Assembly: GCA_049514555.1 (NCBI GenBank)
Contig: JBEKUY010000002.1
Span: forward strand, 131,356 to 155,355
DNA length: 24,000 nucleotides
Reading direction: 5' to 3'
DNA from: Candidatus Acidiferrales bacterium
GTDB lineage: Bacteria > Acidobacteriota > Terriglobia > Acidiferrales > UBA7541
Under the pieces are notes generated by a model. It worked only from the letters and a program-made list of their open reading frames with translations, was not told the origin of the DNA and searched no databases. Position numbers and translations under genes: made by a program. This document shows, one piece after another, positions 17,317-24,000 of the stretch. Positions within the stretch are counted from its first letter, which is position 1, and each line of letters opens with the position of its first letter.

Positions 17317-19536
17317 TCAGGTGTGGTAGACGCGTTCGACACCGTAGACGCCGAGGATCTTTTTCATATTGGTGAGGATTCTCTCGAGCTGCTGGCGGTC
17401 GGAGATATCCACGCGCAATTCGATGCGGGCGTTGAGGCCCTCGGGGTGGCTTTCGAGCATTTCGATATTGCAGCCCTCGGCGCTGATGATCCCGGTCATC
17501 TCCGCGAGAATCCCGGGGCGGTCCTTCGTCCGCACGCGCAGGTTCACCGGGAACTTCGCCGCTTCACCCGTACCCCAGGCCACGTTGATGCGGCGTTCCG
17601 ACTCGTACAGAAGATTCTGCACGTTGGGGCAATTGTGGCTGTGGACGGCGACGCCGCGGCCGCGGGTGACGTATCCGACGATTTCGTCGCCGGGGATCGG
17701 ATTGCAGCACTTGGCGCGGAAGACCATCAGGTCGTCCTGGCCGCGCACGAGGACCGGCGAATCGGTGAGGCCGAGCATGCGCTTCATGGTCGTGACGATC
17801 TTCGGCTGTGCCGGAGTTTCGGGTCCCGCAGCAGGTTCCGCGAGCGTTTCTCCGAGCGCGCGGCTCAGGATCTGGCGCGCGGAGTATTTCCCGAAGCCCA
17901 CCGAAGCGTATAGATCGTCCAGCCTGGTATAGCCGCACTCCGAAGCGGCGCGCATCATCTCCGCTTCGGGAATCTTCTTCAGGCTGCGGCCGCGCTGGCG
18001 TCCTTCCTTCTCGAGCAACCGGCGGCCCATCTCGATGGCTTCCTGGCGCTCGTGCAGGTTGATCCACTGGCGAATCTTGCTGCGGGCGCGCGAAGTCTTC
18101 ACAAAGGTGAGCCAGTCGCGGCTCGGCGTGTGCCCTTTCTGCGTCAGAATCTCGACTACGTCCCCGTTGGCGATTTCGTAGCGCAGCGGCACGATCTGTC
18201 CATTGACCTTGGCCCCCAAGCATTGGTGGCCCACTTCCGAGTGGATGGCGTAGGCAAAATCCACCGGGGTTGCGCCGCGCGGCAGCTCGAGCACACGCCC
18301 CTTCGGAGTGAATGCATACACCTCGAGCGGGTAGAGGTCCACCTTAAGCGTGGAGAGGAATTCACCGGGCTCCTGCATCTCCTGCGCCCATTCGATCAAT
18401 TGACGCATCCAAGCGATGCGCCGGTCGTCGGCGTCCGATACCGGCTTCCCATCCTTGTATTTCCAGTGCGCCGCCACGCCTTCTTCCGCGATCCGGTGCA
18501 TCTCCTGCGTGCGAATCTGCAGCTCGAAGGGCTGGCCGCGGTGAATCACGGCGGTGTGCAGCGACTGGTAGAGGTTCGGCCTTGGCATCGCGATGTAGTC
18601 TTTGAACCTCCCCGGCACCGGCCGCCAGATCTGGTGGATCACGCCGAGCGCCGCATAGCAGTTCCTCTCGGTATCGGTGATGACGCGCACGGCCAACAAG
18701 TCGTAAACCTGTTCGATCGGCCGTTGTTGCCGCGTAATCTTCTCGTGTAACGAAGACAGGCCCTTAACCCGCCCCTGCACCTCGGCAGGAATGCTGTTCT
18801 CCACAAGCTTCTTGCGAATCGTCTCCTGCACCTCTTCGAGGAAACTCAGGTACTGCTGGCTGTGCGCAGCGACGTCCTTCTGCAGAGTCAGATGGGCGTC
18901 CGGTTCAAGGTAGCGGAACGCCAGATCCTCGAGCTCGGCCCGCACGACGGCCATGCCCAGGCGGTGTGCGATCGGGGCATAGAGGTCCATGGTTTCGCGC
19001 GAGATGCGGACCTGTTTTTCCGGCGGGAGAAACTGGAGGGTGCGCATGTTGTGCAACCGATCGGCCAGCTTCACCACAACGACGCGCACGTCCCCAACCA
19101 TCGCCAGCAGCATCTTGCGCATGTTCTCAGCCTGGCGCGCCTCGGGAGCGAGGAGATCGAGTCTGCTGATCTTGGTCACGCCCTCCACCAATCGGGCGAT
19201 TTCCGAGCCGAACTGCATGGCGAGCTGGTCGGGCGAGACCCGAGTATCCTCGACGACGTCGTGCAGGAGCGCCGCGCAGACGGTGGTGGCATCCAGCTTC
19301 ATGTCCGCCAGGATGTGCGCAACTTCGAGAGGGTGAATGAGGTAAGGCTCGCCGGACTGCCGGGTCTGCTCGCGATGCTGGTTCGAAGCCATTTCGTAGG
19401 CACGTCTCACCGGCTCGACGTCTTCGCCCGGCCGGTTCTTCCGCAGCTTTGCGAGAAGCTCATCAAAGCGCGCATCCAGCCTCTGCGTCCTCCGGTCGCG
19501 CCCGAAGGGAATCAGCGGGTTGCCGAGTGTAGGCAT
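17317..19536 (-). CDS. relA: Bifunctional (p)ppGpp synthetase/hydrolase, RelA/SpoT (Rel) family
   Basis: 739 aa. The HD hydrolase motif is intact (GEPYLIHPLEVAHILADMKLD...ALLHDVVEDT). The synthetase block is RVKGLSSLHEKI...DLLAVRVI...FKDYIAMPRPNLYQSLHTAV. A TGS region (VYAFTPKGRVLELPRGATPVDFAYAIH) and a C-terminal ACT-like region are also present. Confidence 0.95.
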   Translation of the reverse strand: MPTLGNPLIPFGRDRRTQRLDARFDELLAKLRKNRPGEDVEPVRRAYEMASNQHREQTRQSGEPYLIHPLEVAHILADMKLDATTVCAALLHDVVEDTRVSPDQLAMQFGSEIARLVEGVTKISRLDLLAPEARQAENMRKMLLAMVGDVRVVVVKLADRLHNMRTLQFLPPEKQVRISRETMDLYAPIAHRLGMAVVRAELEDLAFRYLEPDAHLTLQKDVAAHSQQYLSFLEEVQETIRKKLVENSIPAEVQGRVKGLSSLHEKITRQQRPIEQVYDLLAVRVITDTERNCYAALGVIHQIWRPVPGRFKDYIAMPRPNLYQSLHTAVIHRGQPFELQIRTQEMHRIAEEGVAAHWKYKDGKPVSDADDRRIAWMRQLIEWAQEMQEPGEFLSTLKVDLYPLEVYAFTPKGRVLELPRGATPVDFAYAIHSEVGHQCLGAKVNGQIVPLRYEIANGDVVEILTQKGHTPSRDWLTFVKTSRARSKIRQWINLHERQEAIEMGRRLLEKEGRQRGRSLKKIPEAEMMRAASECGYTRLDDLYASVGFGKYSARQILSRALGETLAEPAAGPETPAQPKIVTTMKRMLGLTDSPVLVRGQDDLMVFRAKCCNPIPGDEIVGYVTRGRGVAVHSHNCPNVQNLLYESERRINVAWGTGEAAKFPVNLRVRTKDRPGILAEMTGIISAEGCNIEMLESHPEGLNARIELRVDISDRQQLERILTNMKKILGVYGVERVYHT

Positions 19537-19599
19537 GTTCGCTCTTTTATTCTACGGCTGTCGGCGGCCTCCCGCGACATGATTCCGTGCCATCCACCC

Positions 19600-19636
19600 A
19601 AAATAAAAAGGGCGCCCCGGCAAGCGGAACGCCCTT
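19600..19636 (-). terminator. Rho-independent terminator after the TPR lipoprotein gene
   Basis: Minus-strand RNA reads AAGGGCGUUCCGCUUGCCGGGGCGCCCUU followed by UUUUUAUUUU. The outer stem is GGGCG/CGCCC and the inner stem CCG/CGG. It lies 24 nt after the stop at 19660 and separates this operon from relA. Confidence 0.7.
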
Positions 19637-19659
19637 CTTCTCAAATGGTTCAGCGGCGC

Positions 19660-20499
19660 CTACGAAGTCTGCGCTACTCCCGTCTTCTTCTGCCTGATCT
19701 CTTTTATCTTGTCGAGAAGCTCGTCTGCCTGTTTTTGCAGCGCGTCGCGCTCTTCGGCCGATTCCACGACGTCCGCCTTGCGCCGGTAAAGCAGGTTGAG
19801 ATAGCCCATCGCTTCCTCGTAGTCCGGCCGCAATTTGATGGCCTCCTGCACGTTCTGGATGCCCTCGTCGATCATTGCCGAGTACTTGGCCGCGTACTCC
19901 GCTCGCAATCTGGCCGGAAGCGGGTCCATGTCCTTAATCTGCTTGTTGATGTTCGCCTGGTTGTACGCCTTGCGCATCTCGCCGTTGGCGCGAAACGCCA
20001 GGGTCCAATCGATGACTGCCACCCAGTAGTAAGGCTCCGCGTCTTCCGGCTTCAGCTTGATATGTTGCATGTGGTAGGACTTGGATTCCTCGAATTTCTC
20101 CGGGGAATACGGCGTGCCGGCCATGTTGAACAGGATGAACCCGATCCCGTCCATCGCATTCAAGTTCGTGGGATCATGGTCCAGCACGTCCTTGTACACG
20201 GTGATGGCTTCGTTCCCCTTCCGAATGTTGTCCTCCGCCGTTGCGTTCGGAACATACTGTTGCGCGTACGCCGTCGCCAAGTACAAGCGCGCGTTGATCA
20301 GCGAGGGATCGAGATCTCGCGCCTCTTTGAAGTCCTCGACCGCCAGGTCGTAAAGCCCATTCTTGTAGGCTGCGACCCCCTTGTTCAAACGGTCTCGCGC
20401 TTTCAGTTTGTTACATCCTGTTGCCGCCAGCGCGCACACCAACACAACTGCCAGCGCCCACACGCGGCGCTCCCAACGTGCCGTCTTGTAAGAATTCAT
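19660..20499 (-). CDS. TPR-repeat lipoprotein (accessory gene of the TonB-ExbBD cluster)
   Basis: I place the start at the ATG at 20499: MNSYKTARWERRVWALAVVLVCALAATGCNK, with an ATGC lipobox. Several TPR-like units are present (GLYDLAVEDFKEARDLDPSLINARLYLATAY; AITVYKDVLDHDPTNLNAMDGIG; IQNVQEAIKLRPDYEEAMGYLNLLY). Confidence 0.75.
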   Translation of the reverse strand: MNSYKTARWERRVWALAVVLVCALAATGCNKLKARDRLNKGVAAYKNGLYDLAVEDFKEARDLDPSLINARLYLATAYAQQYVPNATAEDNIRKGNEAITVYKDVLDHDPTNLNAMDGIGFILFNMAGTPYSPEKFEESKSYHMQHIKLKPEDAEPYYWVAVIDWTLAFRANGEMRKAYNQANINKQIKDMDPLPARLRAEYAAKYSAMIDEGIQNVQEAIKLRPDYEEAMGYLNLLYRRKADVVESAEERDALQKQADELLDKIKEIRQKKTGVAQTS

Positions 20500-20619
20500 T
20501 GTTTGCAATCCATCCCTGCTTGAAGTGTTTTCCGCTCCGCCGGACCGGCTGCCAACGCCCCGGTTCAAGTTCCGTCCGGAACGCGAGCAAACCGATCCGT
20601 TCAATCCTTGCGTGCCGCT

Positions 20620-21048
20620 CTATTGACCGGCTTCGAGCTTGGCCGTGATCAGGCCCACCTTTTCCACACCGGCGGCGTGCATGATGTCGATCGCCTCCGC
20701 CACCTCAAAGAAGCGAACCTCGTCATCTCCCTTGATGAACGCCACTTTCTCCGCGCGCGTCTTGAAAATATCTTCCAGCCGCGGCTCGAGGGTCGTCCAG
20801 GTCGCGATTTCGTTGTTGATCTTCAACACCCCGCCGTTTAACACCTGCACCACGACCGTCTTCTGTTCGATGTCGGGGTTCTGTTGTTGATTCGGCGGCG
20901 GCGGCTGGGGGACCAGTGTTTCCAGCCCCTTCGGCGTCGTCGGCGTAATCACCATGAAGATGATCAGCAGCACCAACAGGATATCGATCAGCGGCACCAC
21001 GTTCATGTCCGCCAACGCACCCTTGCTTCCTCCTACCTGCATGCCCAT
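20620..21048 (-). CDS. exbD: Biopolymer transport protein ExbD/TolR (paralogue 2)
   Basis: The N-terminus MGMQVGGSKGALADMNVVPLIDILLVLLIIFMVITP is the ExbD N-terminal TM signature. An AGGAG lies 9 nt upstream of the ATG at 21048. Confidence 0.85.
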   Translation of the reverse strand: MGMQVGGSKGALADMNVVPLIDILLVLLIIFMVITPTTPKGLETLVPQPPPPNQQQNPDIEQKTVVVQVLNGGVLKINNEIATWTTLEPRLEDIFKTRAEKVAFIKGDDEVRFFEVAEAIDIMHAAGVEKVGLITAKLEAGQ

Positions 21049-21174
21049 GGTCGTTACTCTCCTGGACTGCCTCGGGGGCGAGAGAGCGCCCCGCGCAGCC
21101 ATTCATTCAATTCCCTTCGCCCCCACCTCGGACCGAGTCCGCCGCCGTTTCGCGGCGGGACCGGCAAAGCGTGC

Positions 21175-21639
21175 CTAGGTGCCTGGCGGTCTGGGAGGCT
21201 GATTCGCGCGCTGTCTTTCCGTCAGCAGGCCCAACTGGTCCACTCCGGCCGAGCGGATCTCGTCCACCGCGCCTACCACGACGCCGTACTTCGCCCGCGC
21301 GTCGCTCTTGAGGAACACGGTCTTATCCGCCCGGTTCTCGATTACATCCTTGACCAGCTTCGTCAGCTCCTCGCGTTTCACCCTCGACGTCCCGGCAGCC
21401 GTCTGGAGATACAGAGTTCCATCGGACGTTACGGCCACGACGACGGCGTCATCCTTGTCTGCGTCGGGCAATTCCTTTGGGTTCGTCACCTGCGCCAAGT
21501 CCACCGAAGTGCCCTTCTGCAACATCGGCGTGACCACCATGAAGATGATCAAGAGCACGAGCATGATGTCCGCCATAGGGATGACGTTGGGCGCCGCCAT
21601 CACGCTCCCGGCTTGCGGCTTATACCGATAGACGGACAT
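21175..21639 (-). CDS. exbD: Biopolymer transport protein ExbD/TolR (paralogue 1)
   Basis: The ExbD signature is APNVIPMADIMLVLLIIFMVVTPML, with the periplasmic domain ...TVFLKSDARAKYGVVVGAVDEIRSAGVDQLGLLT. The start lies 3 nt after the exbB stop. Confidence 0.85.
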   Translation of the reverse strand: MSVYRYKPQAGSVMAAPNVIPMADIMLVLLIIFMVVTPMLQKGTSVDLAQVTNPKELPDADKDDAVVVAVTSDGTLYLQTAAGTSRVKREELTKLVKDVIENRADKTVFLKSDARAKYGVVVGAVDEIRSAGVDQLGLLTERQRANQPPRPPGT

Positions 21640-21642
21640 GGG

Positions 21643-22365
21643 TTACTTCTTTCCGCCCCGGCGCAAGATGAAGTAATTGATCAGCTCCATGGAGGAGTTG
21701 TCCATCTCGACGTCGAAGGCTTCCACCTTATTGGTGAAATAGTTGTAGGCCCAGACGGCAGGCACGGCCACGAGCAGGCCGAAAGCCGTGGTGACCAGCG
21801 CTTCGGCGATGCCGCCGGCCACCGCCGATAGACCGGACATCTTTGAACTCTGGATTCCTTTGAACGCGTTGATGATCCCGGCCACCGTGCCGAACAGACC
21901 GACGAAGGGGGCGGTCGAACCGATCGTTGCCAGTGCCGAAAGCCCGCGCTTCATCTCGGCATGGACGATGGCCACCGAGCGCTCCAGGCCTCGCTTGGCG
22001 GCTTCGATCACTTCCGCGTCCGAAACCTGCGCCGAGGCCGATTGGAACTCGGACAAGCCCGTCGCCACGACTTTGGCGATGTGGCTCTTCTTGTTCCGCT
22101 CGGCAATGGAGATGGCTTCATCCAACTTGCCTTCCCGCAATGCGCCGGCTACTTGCTGGACAAAAATGCGCGACTGCTTCCGCGCCGCACTGTACATCAG
22201 GGCACGGTCGATCATCACGCCGAACGAATATATTGACAGCACGAAGAGAATCAGGACGACGACTTTCGCCAGCGTTCCCATCGTGTGCCACATCGAAACC
22301 AGATCCCACTGACTCCCAGCAGCCTCTTGAAGCAAGGCTGAGTAAAGGTACAAAGTAGCGACCAT
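21643..22365 (-). CDS. exbB: MotA/TolQ/ExbB proton-channel protein
   Basis: 240 aa with three TM segments. The conserved block is LATIGSTAPFVGLFGTVAGIINAF...GGIAEALVTTAFGLLVAVPAVWAYNYF. A strong RBS, AAGGAG, precedes the start. Confidence 0.9.
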   Translation of the reverse strand: MVATLYLYSALLQEAAGSQWDLVSMWHTMGTLAKVVVLILFVLSIYSFGVMIDRALMYSAARKQSRIFVQQVAGALREGKLDEAISIAERNKKSHIAKVVATGLSEFQSASAQVSDAEVIEAAKRGLERSVAIVHAEMKRGLSALATIGSTAPFVGLFGTVAGIINAFKGIQSSKMSGLSAVAGGIAEALVTTAFGLLVAVPAVWAYNYFTNKVEAFDVEMDNSSMELINYFILRRGGKK

Positions 22366-22450
22366 TCGTTTGCTCCTTAAAGTTTGATGCGAAACTCGCC
22401 TTCGCCAGAGCCGCCGCTGTCTTCACGACCGCCCTGTGCGAGGCTCACTT

Positions 22451-23194
22451 CTAATTGTTCAGCGTGAAAACCACCTCAATCGTTGTGTCCACTTCAACCG
22501 GCTCGCCATTCAGCAGAGTCGGCCGATACCTCCATTGCCTCACCGCTTCCAAAGCGCTCTGCACGAGCAATGGCGGACCCGACATCACCGCCAGTTGTTG
22601 CACCGTGCCGTCCTTCCCGATAATGGCATGCAGAACAACGGTGCCCGACACACGCGCTGCACGCGCCAGCGCCGGATAGGTCGGGGTCACCCGGTTCACC
22701 AGACTCGCTGCTTGCACGTTGCCGCCTACGCGTATGCGCTGCTGCACCGGCTTGGGCGGAGGGGGCACGTTCGTTCCCATGACGCCGCCAATGATCCCGC
22801 CGATCACTCCGCCCGCCTGGCCTCCGGGAACTCCGCCCGGCACCCCGCCAGGAACTCCCACGCCAAGATCCGGTGTTTCCTGCTCATCTTTGATGACGTG
22901 GACTTCCTTCGGGATGGCCTTCGGTTGCACCAGCTTACCCGCTTCAATCAGCTTTGCCATCGGCCTCACCCTGACCATTTGGGCCGGCGGCGGCGGCGGT
23001 GGCGGCGGCGGCGGTGGCGGCGGCGCGACCAACATAGTCGTCAACAGCGCCTTCGGCATTGCCTCCGGAAAGACCAGCGGAACGAGGACAATTATGACGA
23101 CGATCACCGCTTCCACCGTGAAGGACACAAAAAACGTCCACTTCTTCGTTTTTTGAATCTTAGCGTCTGCGCTGACTAGCATATCTTCGAACAT
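22451..23194 (-). CDS. tonB: Energy transducer TonB
   Basis: I place the start at the ATG at 23194, with GGAGG 7 nt upstream. It has an N-terminal TM helix (WTFFVSFTVEAVIVVIIVLVPLVF), a run of 13 Pro, and a Gly/Val/Pro-rich spacer. The C-terminal TonB domain is VTPTYPALARAARVSGTVVLHAIIGKDGTVQQLAVMSGPPLLVQSALEAVRQWRYRP. Confidence 0.85.
   Translation of the reverse strand: MFEDMLVSADAKIQKTKKWTFFVSFTVEAVIVVIIVLVPLVFPEAMPKALLTTMLVAPPPPPPPPPPPPPAQMVRVRPMAKLIEAGKLVQPKAIPKEVHVIKDEQETPDLGVGVPGGVPGGVPGGQAGGVIGGIIGGVMGTNVPPPPKPVQQRIRVGGNVQAASLVNRVTPTYPALARAARVSGTVVLHAIIGKDGTVQQLAVMSGPPLLVQSALEAVRQWRYRPTLLNGEPVEVDTTIEVVFTLNN
22985..23023 (-). repeat. In-frame (CCG/CCA)13 trinucleotide tract encoding Pro13 within tonB
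   Basis: The plus strand reads (CGG)5 TGG (CGG)4 TGG (CGG)2. This is in phase with the tonB reading frame. Confidence 0.9.
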
Positions 23195-23198
23195 AGCC

Positions 23199-24000
23199 TT
23201 ACCTCCTGCCGGCGGGAACGAGGCGTCCTGCACTCGCCCCGCCACCCCGGGTCTTCAAACCGGCCGCGGATCCAGAACCAGCCGCTCGCTGCCCGCGCCA
23301 GCGGTTCCAGGCGACCACGATCGGTGCAGCAATCCCAAAGCTGGAGTATGTACCTACCACAATCCCCACGACTAGCGCAAAGGAGAATGCGCGCAGCACC
23401 TCCCCGCCGAGAAGAAACAGCACCAACACCGTCAGAAACGTCAACCCGCTGGTCAGAATCGTTCGCGAAAGCGTTTGGTTGATCGACCGGTTCACAATGT
23501 CCGCGAAGGCGTCCTTCCTCATCAACCGGCTGTTCTCGCGGATGCGGTCGAAGATAACGATCGTGTCGTTCATCGAATAACCCACCAAGGTCAACAGCGC
23601 CGCGATCACCGTGAGGGAAACCTCGAAATTGAGAAGCGAGAAAAAACCCAGCGTTATCAGGACGTCGTGAAAAACCGCCAACACGGCCGCTGCGCCATAC
23701 ACCCACTCAAACCGGAAGGCAATATACACCAGCATGCCCGCGAGCGCATAGAGCGTTACATACACAGCCTGCCGCCGGAGCTGCGCCCCCACCTTCGGCC
23801 CGACGATCTCGACGTTGCGGATGGTAAATGACCCCAGTGCGAAGTTGCCCTTGAGGGTGGCCAAGATTCCCGGCGTCACGCCCTCCACCTCGCGCAAGTC
23901 GTCGAAATTCGTCAGTAGGCCGCTGCGGTCTTTGTCGCGAAAATCCGTCAGCCGCCGGGCGAGTTGCGTATAGCGGTCTCCCGCATTGGTGCGAAGCGCC
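23199..24000 (-). CDS. secF: Protein translocase subunit SecF (5' end outside the window)
   Basis: The sequence VEIVGPKVGAQLRRQA...FRFEWVYGAAAVLAVFHDVLITLGFFSLLNFEVSLTVIAALLTLVGYSMNDTIVIFDRIRENSR is the SecF signature. The frame stays open with no stops from 23898 to the window end, so the TTG at 23897 in the ORF track is internal. The stop lies 4 nt before the tonB ATG. Confidence 0.85.
   Translation of the reverse strand, partial: ALRTNAGDRYTQLARRLTDFRDKDRSGLLTNFDDLREVEGVTPGILATLKGNFALGSFTIRNVEIVGPKVGAQLRRQAVYVTLYALAGMLVYIAFRFEWVYGAAAVLAVFHDVLITLGFFSLLNFEVSLTVIAALLTLVGYSMNDTIVIFDRIRENSRLMRKDAFADIVNRSINQTLSRTILTSGLTFLTVLVLFLLGGEVLRAFSFALVVGIVVGTYSSFGIAAPIVVAWNRWRGQRAAGSGSAAGLKTRGGGASAGRLVPAGRR

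Noticed and set aside
22985-23023. The GGC/GGT-rich tandem repeat considered as a non-coding microsatellite or a CRISPR-like repeat.
   Set aside because: It is in frame within tonB and encodes the expected Pro-rich spacer. It has no repeat-spacer organisation.

Overview
This is a GC-rich bacterial chromosomal window. The gene content looks Acidobacteriota-like, but that is inference only. I can support about 23 intact coding genes, one gene remnant and a few RNA or regulatory elements. I saw no rRNA, tRNA, CRISPR array, transposase, integrase or recognisable defence or toxin-antitoxin module, so this reads as core genome rather than an island.

Gene layout:
- Minus strand, 781-5742: a co-directional moaA-nadA-DUF2203-yyaL string. 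It is preceded by a candidate molybdenum-cofactor (Moco) riboswitch with its own sigma70-like promoter and an intrinsic-terminator expression platform.
- Plus strand, 6110-12205: an Arg-rich protein with a GIY-YIG-like tail, a 711-aa radical-SAM enzyme, an FmdB zinc-ribbon protein, a secreted protein with a duplicated module and a TonB-C-like domain, and a DUF2461 protein. A roughly 59-codon remnant of cstA follows.
- 12489-14644: a saccharopine-dehydrogenase-like gene (minus strand) and a FecR-domain gene (plus strand), arranged divergently.
- Minus strand, 14662-24000: ridA, two lipoprotein genes, relA/spoT, then a compact secF-tonB-exbB-exbD-exbD-TPR-lipoprotein operon closed by a clear terminator.

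The most interesting item is the radical-SAM enzyme at 7551-9686. From memory, its motif pattern matches the archaeal tetraether lipid synthase family (Tes / GDGT-MAS), which makes it a candidate bacterial membrane-spanning lipid synthase. All family assignments come from motif recognition by eye. None has been verified by a search.
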